A DNA stretch of 64,000 nt. It comes from an uncultured virus (IMG/VR IMGVR_UViG_3300046534_001004). Taxonomy: Duplodnaviria; Heunggongvirae; Uroviricota; Caudoviricetes. A program made the translations under genes and the position numbers. Where the stretch lies: IMG/VR virus record IMGVR_UViG_3300046534_001004; one strand, written 5' to 3'. Below are positions 36,824 through 47,100 of this stretch, piece by piece (position 1 is the stretch's first letter; each line of letters begins with the position of its first letter). The notes below the pieces were generated by a model. It had not been told where the DNA came from. It was given only the letters and a program-made list of their open reading frames with translations, and searched no databases.

Positions 36824-37330
36824 TTAGCGCAGCATCTCGTAGTGTGGACCATCAATAAAGTCAGGTCCAGGATTACGAATGGTGTACGCACGAACAGCCT
36901 TTTCAATCGCATCAGCGTATTCTTTTGGGCTGCTCAGAGATTTAGGAGCGTACTCGTCAAGCTCTTTGTCCCATACGCCACCCCACCGAAGTTCAAGGTC
37001 CATTTCACGACTCAGCCAAGCCATGCAACCTGCGATTGGGTAAATGAGAGGCCATTCCCAACGTGGATCCCCAACGTATGGAACTAGATCGACAGCTTCA
37101 CCAAAACCACTGGACTGCTTTTGGTGCTTTGACTTACGATTGCGACCATCGAGCTTTGATGCACCTCGTTTGAAAAGTTTCATCTGCATGGAAGCAGTGC
37201 GAAGACCTCCATTGCTCAAGATCGTGAAATCAACCGGTGTGATCTTGATACATTCTTCGACCATCTCTACCAGCTTTGGGTGAACACCCTTGAGATTCTC
37301 TTTTGAACCTTCTCCAAGAAAATACGTCAT
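36824..37330 (-). CDS. Endolysin, M15 L-Ala-D-Glu peptidase family
   Basis: LKGVHPKL, GLRT...Q, SKH...AVDLVP, LRWGGVW, DGPHYE. Confidence 0.9.
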   Translation of the reverse strand: MTYFLGEGSKENLKGVHPKLVEMVEECIKITPVDFTILSNGGLRTASMQMKLFKRGASKLDGRNRKSKHQKQSSGFGEAVDLVPYVGDPRWEWPLIYPIAGCMAWLSREMDLELRWGGVWDKELDEYAPKSLSSPKEYADAIEKAVRAYTIRNPGPDFIDGPHYEMLR

Positions 37331-37331
37331 G

Positions 37332-37610
37332 TTATCTTTTCTCCATTCTTTCAAGAAGTCTGTCAATGCGCGAGGCCAGATTTCCCAATGCTCCGTGAAG
37401 TCGCTCCTCGCTGAGCGCCATTTTTCGTTCCATCGCTACCAACTGAGCAGCCCCGACATACTCTTGGGCTACTTTCAACTTGAATTCAGACAACGCTTCT
37501 GAGTTAGCAATAACTTTTCGCCAGATGTTGTATACCATAGTCAATACAAGACCACCTATTGCGACTAGTAGACCCAATAAAGAAATCAATTCTGGGAGAG
37601 AAAAATTCAT
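37332..37610 (-). CDS. Single-TM lysis-cassette protein (holin/antiholin-like)
   Basis: N-terminal TM plus coiled coil; adjacent to endolysin. Confidence 0.6.
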   Translation of the reverse strand: MNFSLPELISLLGLLVAIGGLVLTMVYNIWRKVIANSEALSEFKLKVAQEYVGAAQLVAMERKMALSEERLHGALGNLASRIDRLLERMEKR

Positions 37611-37867
37611 GTATTAGTTATCCTTGTGTCTCGCTTCACATAGAAGTCGATGAGGGCTTGAAGCTGCAATCCGCAACTGATAAGGTTAGATCGATCGCTT
37701 ATCCAAAAGGCCTCTACCTCTGCTTGAGTCAATGATCGAGAAGGTAACAAAACAGGTCGCTCACAAGCAACAGTAAACCCAAGAGGTGGGTCTGCTAGAA
37801 TTGGTGGTTCAACGGAGCCGATTGAGTCTCCACACGCTGTCGTCACTAATAGCACGGCGATCAGCAT
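37607..37867 (-). CDS. o-spanin (Rz1-like lipoprotein)
   Basis: Lipobox VTTAC, Pro-rich, overlaps the end of the i-spanin. Confidence 0.75.
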   Translation of the reverse strand: MLIAVLLVTTACGDSIGSVEPPILADPPLGFTVACERPVLLPSRSLTQAEVEAFWISDRSNLISCGLQLQALIDFYVKRDTRITNT

Positions 37868-38180
37868 CAGGGTCTTCGGAACCTTCGAGTAACAACTCTT
37901 CAATTTCTGTGTTTCGTTCATCGAGTAATCTCTCAAGTTTCAGTTGTCGCTGCCTCGCTTCTACTAGAGCCTCTTCATTGGCTTCAGATTGACGAGAACG
38001 CTCCTCTTGAATTGCTGTTTGGTATTTGCGTTCTATTGCTTCGACACCACGGTCGTAACCGTTACCATCAACCCACCACAGAGTCAAGAGGACAACCGAC
38101 ACAGCCAAAAGATACGGCAAAAACTTCATCAATGCAACCCCAGCCCGTTTTCCGAGTAGTGAAATTAGAAATGATAACAT
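37809..38180 (-). CDS. i-spanin (Rz-like)
   Basis: N-terminal TM plus coiled coil. Confidence 0.75.
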   Translation of the reverse strand: MLSFLISLLGKRAGVALMKFLPYLLAVSVVLLTLWWVDGNGYDRGVEAIERKYQTAIQEERSRQSEANEEALVEARQRQLKLERLLDERNTEIEELLLEGSEDPDADRRAISDDSVWRLNRLR

Positions 38181-38283
38181 AACTTAGACCTCTGCGGACG
38201 TGTTGGTGTAAAGGCAACGCGCCACAACCCAACCAGCGCCACCAAAACACCGCCCGTTGCGGGCTTGTTTACCTGTTTTGGTG

Positions 38284-38571
38284 TTATGCCCCACCATTAC
38301 CATCAGGCCCCTCTACGGTGTCTTCTACCACTCCACACTTAGTGTCGTTTATTTGGGTTACAGTAGAAGACGTGAAATAGCTTACGATAATAGTCGTACA
38401 CATACCGAACAATGAGCCCAAGAGGAAAGATAGTTTCTCGACACGTTCTGCTGCTGCGTCTTGGGTTGTGCCATAGATCAGCATCCATCCTCCAACGACA
38501 AGCATGAACCAGAAAGAAATCCATGCCATGCGTCGGCGATTATTGAAACGTATGTCAGATTTGATTGCCAC
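38284..38571 (-). CDS. Putative holin (2 TM)
   Basis: NRRRMAW, two TM helices, adjacent to spanins. Confidence 0.6.
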   Translation of the reverse strand: MAIKSDIRFNNRRRMAWISFWFMLVVGGWMLIYGTTQDAAAERVEKLSFLLGSLFGMCTTIIVSYFTSSTVTQINDTKCGVVEDTVEGPDGNGGA

Positions 38572-38573
38572 TT

Positions 38574-38933
38574 TTAATTCCCAAGGGTAAAAGACACACC
38601 GAACACTGCGCCAATGTTCAGATCACCAGCGTTATTGGTCTCAAACGCTGGTGCGACGAACAAATCCACACCGTCGCGTATTTCGTAACCAGCGCGGGCA
38701 TATGGGGACACTGTGATTGACTTGTAACCAGTCACACCGCCAACTTCCAGAAACGCGCGTTCGTACTCGAAGCGATACCCACCGTAAGCGGAGAACGTGC
38801 TTTCACTGTTGAGGTAAGCTCCAGCCACAAAACCGCTGTCGTGCTGCAACTGAAGGTGCGGATGGACAGAGTTATAATTTCCGTCCATTGCTAGGTGCTG
38901 GCTGAACGCCAGTGCTAAAACTACGTCAATCAA
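38574..38933 (-). CDS. Small beta-strand-rich protein, possibly an outer-membrane barrel
   Basis: Alternating hydrophobic strands, GAYLNSE, GGVTGY, terminal VSF. Confidence 0.5.
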   Translation of the reverse strand: MIDVVLALAFSQHLAMDGNYNSVHPHLQLQHDSGFVAGAYLNSESTFSAYGGYRFEYERAFLEVGGVTGYKSITVSPYARAGYEIRDGVDLFVAPAFETNNAGDLNIGAVFGVSFTLGN

Positions 38934-39865
38934 TTTTTTGTCCCATACAGGTGGAAATTGCCACTAACGATTGTGCCAGTGTCCGTAAATATCTTGACAG
39001 AATTATACGTTCCAGACAGGGCAAGTCTTGCTGAAAAATCTGTCTTCATCATGTGTATTGTCCCAGACACTCTGGGGTTATACGCAAAACTACCCCACAT
39101 AAATCCTTGCCCGTCAGGTGCTAGGTTAATTCGCCCTCCATTCAGTCTGCCAAGAGTTAACGCACCATAAATAGGGAGTGGTATCAATTTTATGTGGTCC
39201 GCACTGTTTGAATTGATTTTTGAAGTAGTACCATCACTTCTTAGACCAGTGGTTGCATAAGAATAATCCGTTGTTGAATCGTACCAAATGCTGCCCGAAT
39301 TTGAGGAAAGCCTTATTTGAACTGTAGCTTCCGCTGAAGTTCTAAGATTTGATATGGATATCCATAGCTCATCATAACCACTTGTGGGGTTGTCCAAGAA
39401 GATCACTTCACCCCCTGTAAGCGTTCCAGCGGCTATAACATGGGACGTATTCGCTATGACAGCAGCAATCTTTGCAGGGCTGACTAGCCCCTCTACAGTG
39501 CTAGTCCCCGTCTTCCATACAGATTCGGCCTGTGTTGTTACGTTAATATCTGCCAAGACCTGCGCGGGTGTGCGGAATTCAAACGCATTTTCACCTGCAT
39601 TCACACGCATGTAGCTTAGAGCGTTTCCGGTTTTATCAACATTGATAGAAGCAGCAGATGCCTCTGCTTCATCAGCAGATGTGGCGGCAGCTATCCTGTC
39701 AGTCCCAGTGGTAGTTTCTTGTTTTAGTAAAGTCTTTAAAACTACACCTTCTCTGGTAGTGAAAGTTCCATTTCCATTCAGATCTACAGCGCCGTTGACA
39801 GCTAATGCAAGGTCATCAAGATCCCTTTTTCCATTATCGATGTCTGCTTGAGTGATTGAGGACAT
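38930..39865 (-). CDS. Tail fibre / receptor-binding protein
   Basis: Follows central tail protein; helical N-terminus and beta-rich C-terminus. Confidence 0.65.
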   Translation of the reverse strand: MSSITQADIDNGKRDLDDLALAVNGAVDLNGNGTFTTREGVVLKTLLKQETTTGTDRIAAATSADEAEASAASINVDKTGNALSYMRVNAGENAFEFRTPAQVLADINVTTQAESVWKTGTSTVEGLVSPAKIAAVIANTSHVIAAGTLTGGEVIFLDNPTSGYDELWISISNLRTSAEATVQIRLSSNSGSIWYDSTTDYSYATTGLRSDGTTSKINSNSADHIKLIPLPIYGALTLGRLNGGRINLAPDGQGFMWGSFAYNPRVSGTIHMMKTDFSARLALSGTYNSVKIFTDTGTIVSGNFHLYGTKN

Positions 39866-39918
39866 GATAGCTCCGGTTGTTTTTGTTACACTACATTAAG
39901 AATAGCTTCTAGACAACA

Positions 39919-42477
39919 TTAAACGGCAAACATTTTATCGTTCTCATAATATCGATCATCGTCGTTTATTAAGTCTAATCCATAAACAAAACCATCTTTA
40001 GCTGTTTTCTTACCAACGATCATTCTAGTAGAAGTTCTTGACAACGGTACTGAAACTAAAGAGAAAGTAGATTTTGCGTAAGAACCGTCTGTTGTATTTA
40101 TTGGGTACGCCAAAGGTTCTGAAAGAGTAATAGAAGTAGGTCTTACAGAAGACACTCCAACAGATTGCACAATTCCGTTGTAGAATTGAATCTGACAAGT
40201 GTAAGTTACTCCTACTGGAATTTCTCTGTTTGGGATAACAGAAAGAGTTAGGTTATCTTGTGCCTTAATTTCTCCCGTTATGACATCAGGTCTTGTGTTG
40301 TCAGCTACAATAACAACATCCTTAACCGAGATCAAAGCAGCCTCCTGTAAAGCATCAAAAGAAACTGATAAGTTCTGATATTGCATTTTATTCCAGGCTC
40401 TCCACGCATGGAGTTCAGCGTGTTGAGAACTTCGAAGCCCAAGAAGAGGAACGGTCTTAGGTCTAGCTAACCCAGCGGAAGGAAGTTCTTTGAAGAAAGG
40501 TTCTCCGTTAACATCTCTCCATTCTACTTTCACTCCATCATAATCATTGTTTATTCCGAATCGAACAGTTCTTTTTTCCGTGTTTGGTCTTTTGTTTCTG
40601 TGGTTAAACAGAAGAACTGGAATATCATCTGGAATATCTGCTCTGAACATCAACTGACTACCTCTTCGGTAGGCTTTTATGAAACAAGTTTCACACACTG
40701 AAGATATCATCTCTTCAAGAGAAACATTGACGTCATCAAATGTAGCTCCGTAAATCAATGGAATATCAGTTTCAAAATGGGCTTCTACGTCTGTGCAAGC
40801 TTGATCAAGACTCTCGAAATCAAAACTGGATAGGTCTTGATTTCCAATAACCGGATCTTCAAATATACTAGGCACAATTTCTCTTGGAGAAGAACTAGCT
40901 GCTAAAGACCCAGCAACACCAGCAGAGTTCCGAGAAGGAACTTTTCTGGTGCATAGCATATTCAATTTTCTTTGTTTAAGCGATTGAGCTCCAGCCGTAG
41001 CTAGAGTTCTAGCAATTATATTAGTCACATCTCCATAATCATGGGCGGGATGATCTTTAACTCCAAAACAAGAACCCCACCTAATTTCATCTACCACAGT
41101 TCCATCAAATCCTACATCTGAATCAGAAGTTCTTCTAGCTCTTACATTGTAGTATTTATCTCCTGGAAGACTTCCTATATCTAGAGTTACAGCTCTTTGT
41201 GATGTTAACTGGTTACTTCCTACTATTGTTACTGCATGAACTGCTGGAGTTCCGATATTTGTACCAGAAGAGTCACTCTCTGTTATTTCAACTTCTAAAT
41301 TTATTGAAGTAGAAGTTTGCAAAGAACCATCATCTTTATATAATCCTTGAGGAGCAACGAAGTTACAAACAATACTTGTGGGAGTAATGTATCGACCCAA
41401 AAATAAAGGACCTTCCCATCCTTCAGCAACGATGCCTGTTATAGTTCCACTAGAAACTTCACTTTCGTCTGTTGTGGCGTCTCCTAAATCATTCCAATCA
41501 GAATTAACTGATCCAGGATCTACAAGAGAAATTACAGAACTTGAAGAAGATAGAATTTCGTAAGTCCCAGATAAATTTAAGGTAACTTCACCAGAACTGG
41601 TGGTCGTAACTACAGAGCTCGCAGATAATTGAATAGTATCACCAGAAGAAAAATAGTCTTGAAATTCAATAGTTTCACCAGAAACTCCAGACTCTCTGAT
41701 TCCATCTGGCCACTCAAAAATCAATCTGTTATTACCAACGAAAGTATTTAAGTTCGGGGCTTTTAGCTCTTGACCATTAACCTCATTCATTTTGTGTGCT
41801 GTGAAAACACCATAAGTTATGTCAGTACCCACGGAGAGAACAGGAGAATCTGAGTTTGATATTTTTGTACTCGCACTCGTTCCTGGACCGTAGACTTGAA
41901 TGCTACTTCCCGATATGTTAGCTAACTCTGTTGATCCATCTCTGACATCAGTTATATCGTATTCTCCACGACCTAATACGAGATGAGATATTTCAACTTC
42001 TTTATGATTTTCATACCTAGTGAGAGTTGGACCGACCAGATCTGGAATAACTCTCACTTGTCCATAGCAATCGTTAATTCTAGCCAGAGGTCTTGGACCA
42101 TTACTCCTTGAAACTAAACTATTGGTTGAAGAACCCGGACGAGAGTTTCTACGATTGACTGTTGGTATTGAGGGTATCAAAAGAACTACTGCAACAGCGA
42201 CAGCAACAACTACGGCAATTAGAATAAAAACAGGATTGCCAGGAAAGTTTACGAATATGACTCTAGAGTCTTCAGGCAGTGAATCAAGAACTTGTACCCC
42301 TTCTTTATTCCTTGGGGTTATATCTGTATGATTACTAACTTGACCCAGAAACAGACGAGCTCCATCAGGCATTCTATCATACCTTTTAGACAACTCTTCA
42401 CCGATGCTTTCGCAGTTGACTATTTCCCAATCTGAGACTTGTAGGGGATTGTCACTGATCAATAGTTGAGGCATCAT
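39919..42477 (-). CDS. Central tail tip / host-specificity protein (lambda J-like)
   Basis: RINDCYGQVRVIPDL, LGRGEYDI, YYEND end; synteny. Confidence 0.85.
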   Translation of the reverse strand: MMPQLLISDNPLQVSDWEIVNCESIGEELSKRYDRMPDGARLFLGQVSNHTDITPRNKEGVQVLDSLPEDSRVIFVNFPGNPVFILIAVVVAVAVAVVLLIPSIPTVNRRNSRPGSSTNSLVSRSNGPRPLARINDCYGQVRVIPDLVGPTLTRYENHKEVEISHLVLGRGEYDITDVRDGSTELANISGSSIQVYGPGTSASTKISNSDSPVLSVGTDITYGVFTAHKMNEVNGQELKAPNLNTFVGNNRLIFEWPDGIRESGVSGETIEFQDYFSSGDTIQLSASSVVTTTSSGEVTLNLSGTYEILSSSSSVISLVDPGSVNSDWNDLGDATTDESEVSSGTITGIVAEGWEGPLFLGRYITPTSIVCNFVAPQGLYKDDGSLQTSTSINLEVEITESDSSGTNIGTPAVHAVTIVGSNQLTSQRAVTLDIGSLPGDKYYNVRARRTSDSDVGFDGTVVDEIRWGSCFGVKDHPAHDYGDVTNIIARTLATAGAQSLKQRKLNMLCTRKVPSRNSAGVAGSLAASSSPREIVPSIFEDPVIGNQDLSSFDFESLDQACTDVEAHFETDIPLIYGATFDDVNVSLEEMISSVCETCFIKAYRRGSQLMFRADIPDDIPVLLFNHRNKRPNTEKRTVRFGINNDYDGVKVEWRDVNGEPFFKELPSAGLARPKTVPLLGLRSSQHAELHAWRAWNKMQYQNLSVSFDALQEAALISVKDVVIVADNTRPDVITGEIKAQDNLTLSVIPNREIPVGVTYTCQIQFYNGIVQSVGVSSVRPTSITLSEPLAYPINTTDGSYAKSTFSLVSVPLSRTSTRMIVGKKTAKDGFVYGLDLINDDDRYYENDKMFAV

Positions 42478-42820
42478 AAAATTCCATTTTATTATAAAAC
42501 ATTGAGACTGTTGATTTCTCTTGGGCAGTAGGTCCGTTTTCGTCTAAGTGAAGAATTTTTCCTTTGCAGAACACGCCAACATGAGGATTTCTCTTAGCGT
42601 TAAAAAGAAAAACTATACATGGATCCTTTGGTTTTTCTAGAAGAATTAATCTTTTTCTCTGATTTTTCCAAAATCTCATCTGCTTAGAGAGACCTTCTGG
42701 AAAGTCAGCTTGTAAAGACAAATCAATACCAGTCAGCTCTTTCCAAGCTAGCACCACGAAATCCCAACAAGTGTGACTTCCTTTCTGATATTCCTGCCAG
42801 TATAGAAAATCTAAACTCAC
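42452..42820 (-). CDS. NlpC/P60-like tail assembly protein
   Basis: CWDFV...HVGVF...ILHL. Confidence 0.8.
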   Translation of the reverse strand: MSLDFLYWQEYQKGSHTCWDFVVLAWKELTGIDLSLQADFPEGLSKQMRFWKNQRKRLILLEKPKDPCIVFLFNAKRNPHVGVFCKGKILHLDENGPTAQEKSTVSMFYNKMEFYDASTIDQ

Positions 42821-43317
42821 AAATAACCTCTCAGTCCAGGAAAATTGGTATAATCGAATATTATACCAGTAGACAAATTGTTAAAACTGCGTGCAGAGGC
42901 ATCGAAGCTAGAACCTTTCTTGTTGAAACTAAACTTAGAAACTTCTAATTCAATTGGACCAAAAAGAGGAACAGCTAGATTATCTGATCTGTAAGTTCTG
43001 TATATTACTTTTGGCTTTTCTCCCCATGTACCAGCCGCACTGACTGCGTCTAGCTCTAATGGAATTATTTCACCTAAGTCTCCAAGAGAAATGTTTATTG
43101 ATTGATCTAAAGTTCCAGAACTTCCAAGAGGAGTTATCTTCGCTGGGTAATATTCAAACACTTTGGAGACACTGTTTTCATCAATCACAGTTATTCCACC
43201 TATCGAATTTCTTACGAAACGATAAGTTTCAGTGAAAGAAGAATGACTTAGCTCAAAAGTCTCGAGCTGCACCACAGAACTTGCTGAAGATAAAAAGAAT
43301 TCAGAGTAATCAGACAC
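42817..43317 (-). CDS. DUF1833-like minor tail protein
   Basis: LETFELSHSSF...YRFVRN...YRTYRSD...FPGLRG. Confidence 0.8.
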   Translation of the reverse strand: MSDYSEFFLSSASSVVQLETFELSHSSFTETYRFVRNSIGGITVIDENSVSKVFEYYPAKITPLGSSGTLDQSINISLGDLGEIIPLELDAVSAAGTWGEKPKVIYRTYRSDNLAVPLFGPIELEVSKFSFNKKGSSFDASARSFNNLSTGIIFDYTNFPGLRGYL

Positions 43318-43777
43318 CTAGTCCTCCTTGAGTATTCACGCTAACTAGCTCTCCTAAAGAGAGTAACCACTCATCTATGCCAGCGAACTCTCCTAGACTA
43401 TCTGCGATAGTAAATACAGAAGAATAGTCAACTGAAGGAACAGCAAGGATAGAAGCTTGGACAGTTCTTCTGAGACCAGTGGCATCTGTAAGCCTGACTG
43501 ATCCAGGAACGAATTGAGCTTCGTATAGCTCAGCATCTCCTTGAATTGATATCAAGTTTACAGTAAAAGGAGAGCTCCCTTTAGAAATAGTAGTATGAAA
43601 AAATGTGGAGAACTCTCTGTATTGGTCTAAAGTCATTACCCAAGTGACAGAGAACTCGGTTGGTTCAATCAACTGATCAGTCCTCAGTCTAGGACTAATT
43701 CCATCACTTGATACAATTCCTGTTCCGAAAGTGACTCCGTAACCGTTCACACTTGGTATGCGATCATAATGTTCCAT
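43310..43777 (-). CDS. Distal tail protein-like, paralog 2
   Basis: Follows tape measure; paralog of 43780..44133. Confidence 0.7.
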   Translation of the reverse strand: MEHYDRIPSVNGYGVTFGTGIVSSDGISPRLRTDQLIEPTEFSVTWVMTLDQYREFSTFFHTTISKGSSPFTVNLISIQGDAELYEAQFVPGSVRLTDATGLRRTVQASILAVPSVDYSSVFTIADSLGEFAGIDEWLLSLGELVSVNTQGGLGV

Positions 43778-43779
43778 AA

Positions 43780-44133
43780 CTAAGACACCACAGCAAGGAT
43801 AGAAGCTTGGACAGTTCTTCTGAGACCAGTGGCATCTGTAAGCCTGACTGATCCAGGAACGAATTGAGCGTTGTGTAGCTCAACATTACCTTCGACTGAA
43901 ACCAAATTTAAGGTGAACGAAGAACTACCTTTAGAAATCTTTCTTTGAAAAAAGTAAGAAAACTCTATATACTGTGACACAGTCATAACCCAAGTGACAG
44001 AGAACTCAGTCGGTTCAATTAACTGATCAGCTCTTAGTCTAGGAAGGCCACCGTCCGTATCTATTGACACTAGACCTGTTCCGAAGGTAGCTCCGTAGCC
44101 ACTTACTTCTGGGATGAGATCGTAGTGTTCCAT
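43780..44133 (-). CDS. Distal tail protein-like, paralog 1
   Basis: DGGLPRLRAD motif; directly after tape measure. Confidence 0.7.
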   Translation of the reverse strand: MEHYDLIPEVSGYGATFGTGLVSIDTDGGLPRLRADQLIEPTEFSVTWVMTVSQYIEFSYFFQRKISKGSSSFTLNLVSVEGNVELHNAQFVPGSVRLTDATGLRRTVQASILAVVS

Positions 44134-47100
44134 TATCTTCTTCTTTCGGCAGTTGTGTTTTCGGAGAAAGCTGATGAGATTTGACTGTTAGAGTCAACTA
44201 GCTGACCAGCTACAATTTCTGGAGTTCTCTCTGTTACTTTTTTCTCAGCTTCTTCTCCAGCTATAATCCTTATCTCACCTTCACTTATCTGCTCAACTTT
44301 AACATTTTGTCCTGTATAGTTATGAACAGATACTTTCATTCCACCGGAGGTCACATTTGGTTTATCGCTACTGGACCCAGAGGCGAAAGAAGGTAGAAGT
44401 CTGGATACATCCATACCTGAGTTTATAGCTTTTAGCAACGGAAGATTTTTAGAGGTTGCATCAGCGTTCACAACGAATTCTCTGTTAGAAAGCCAAGCTG
44501 GTATCTTATCTTCTTTCGGGCCTCCAGGTCCTGTGATTAATCCACCTTCTGCAAATCCTCCAGCAGCGGCAAGACCAGTGCTAAGAGCTACAGTTGAGGC
44601 GATTGCAGCAGCGGCGGGAGCAGCGTTTGTTCCCAGAGTCGCTAGAGAAGCTAGAGCAGCGGCAGGAGCCCAAGCAGCGGCAGTCGTGGCGGCAGTCGCT
44701 ACAGAAGCAGCCGTTGCTGCGGCAGCAATTGTCTGCCCAAGAGCTGCGTTCAGCAATGCCTGAATCCCCATCTCTACTAATCCTGAGATCAATGAAGCCA
44801 GTGCATTCTGAGCCACACTTTTCAAAGCCTGACCGAGGTTCTCTGAGAAGACAATAGCTTTACCTACACTATCCGCGAATCCTGTTGTGAGGGAACCAAA
44901 GAAGTCAGAGAATACTTCACCACTAGAAGCAGCAAATGTTCTCACTGCTTCTGTCATTTTTGATATACCCAAAAGGAAACCATCAGCGAAAGATCCATCT
45001 CCTGATTGTGTTACAGTTTCTAGGATAGTTTGATTCAAAGAGGCTAGAGAAACATTGAACGCATCTTGAGATATTCTTCCTGTATCAAGTACGAGATACA
45101 AAGCCTCTAGACTTGTTGTGTAACTATCTAGTGGACCTTTGATTTCTTCGTATATGGAGGCAGACTCTTTCGCAACTTCAAGACTTCTCATAGTAGCAGA
45201 AGCTAAACTAATCTCTTGTTCAGTCAAACTCCTTTTCAGTTCTTCTTCTATTTTCAAGATACCTTGAGCAATTTCTCTCTCTTGACTTGTTAATTTAAGA
45301 AGGTCGAGTTCTTTGTTCATTCCAGAGAGGATATTAGCAAAGTTTTTCTCTATTTCCCCGCCGCCTCCAGCATCTTTATCCGCAGCGTCTCTTCTCGCTC
45401 CAGCGAGTATAGTCTGATAGTTTCTTTCCGCTTCGGCTAGTTGATCAGTACTCGCTCCAGCAGCCATTAAAGCAGCTCTGTGAGTTTCATAGCCTTGAGT
45501 AGCTTGAGCTAAAGTTCTATCGAGACCTGTGAGACTAGCTAAATTAGCTTGGTTGCCATATCTGTCTACTTGATTGTTCAGCCTTTCTAAAGCGTTAGCA
45601 GCATCTTCAGCGTTATCCACAGCTACATCGTTTGTAAGTCTGCTGACTGTTGAGTTATACGCCGCTTCTGCTATGGCTAGATCTCCTAAGCTAGCTCCCG
45701 CACTGACCAAAGTAGATCTTAACGCTTCATATTTTTCAGTTTCCCGAGTTATGGCTTTATCTAAACCAGTTCTAGAGGCTACGTTTGCTTGAGAGACATA
45801 TCTATCTAGTTCTGCGGTAGCATCACGAGTTGCTTCTGCTGAACCATCAATTTCACTAACAGCTTGGCGGTAAAGATCATTAAGATTAGCTTGACGATTT
45901 ATTAGTTCATCAACTGAAATCCCATTGTTATTAAATTGAGAATCTAAATCAGCCATTCCAGATGCCAACTGAGCAGAAGCTTCTTGAAGACCTCCTGCTA
46001 TCTTACTAGCAGCAAGCATAGATGGGATTTTACCAATGAAGAATTCTATCGCTCCAGCAGCGGCACCCGCAGAACTAGAGACAGCATCAAGACCTCCAGC
46101 CATTACTAGAAGAGCAGTCTCAGCTGCCGTTGCTGTTCCATTTAATTCTGCTATAACAGCATCTAAAATTTCAACTTGATCATTTGCTAAATCAACTGAT
46201 TCTATAGAGTCTACTAATCCACGAACAAATTTTGTGAATCTAGTATTATCAACTTCTGAAGCAAGAGAAGCTATTCTATCACTAAATTGAAAAATATCTA
46301 TGCTTCCAGCTTCTAACTCATCTCTAATAGTAACTAATTGATTTATGGCTCTACTAAAATCAAAATCTGCAGTTAGTATAGTTTTAGCATCAGTCCAAAG
46401 AGAGTTGTAACCAATCAACTGATCAGAGACTGCTGCGAGGGCGTTTCTTTGGGCTTCCAGAGCTTCTACTCTTTGAAGTTGAAGTTGGGCTATAGAAATT
46501 CTGTCAAATGTGTCAGCTAGCTCAACCCCTTGATCTTTAGCATCAACCATCGCTGCTCCGACTTGTCTCATCAAATCAGAGGTTTTATCTACTACGACGT
46601 TGACTTCTGCAGAAGCGTCACGAAGATTTGAAAGAGCGAAAACCGCAGATGTAATTGCTATAGCGATAAGACCGATAGGACCCAAAGCTGCTATCAGCCC
46701 ACCTATAGCTCTACCTAGACCAACAACCATTGCGGTTAAAGTTGGAAAAACCCTTGTAAGCGTTGCCGCAACAGTACCAGCCGCCGCTTGTGCCGCTGTT
46801 AGGCGCACGTTAGCCGCTGCCAATGCGTTGGTGGCCCCTGTTTGGGTTGTACGCACTGTGGCAAGCGTTCCAGTAAGTCCTATTTCTGCTTTTTCTACAA
46901 TTGAAAGCTGTGCTGTCACTCTAGCAAGATTAGCTTTTGCTGCTGTCAGGTTAACGAACTGTCCAGTAGCCGCCGTCCGAGCTTTTCCGTTAGCTACTGT
47001 GAACTGAGTATCTAGAACTGTCTGTTGAAGTTGAGTTTTTTGAACAGCTATGAGAGCCAAATTTTGACGAAGTTCTGTTTCTCTTAAAGCGATACCATAT

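Noticed and set aside
43310..44133. Diversity-generating retroelement TR/VR pair
   Set aside because: No reverse transcriptase in the window, both copies are intact genes, and differences are not adenine-specific
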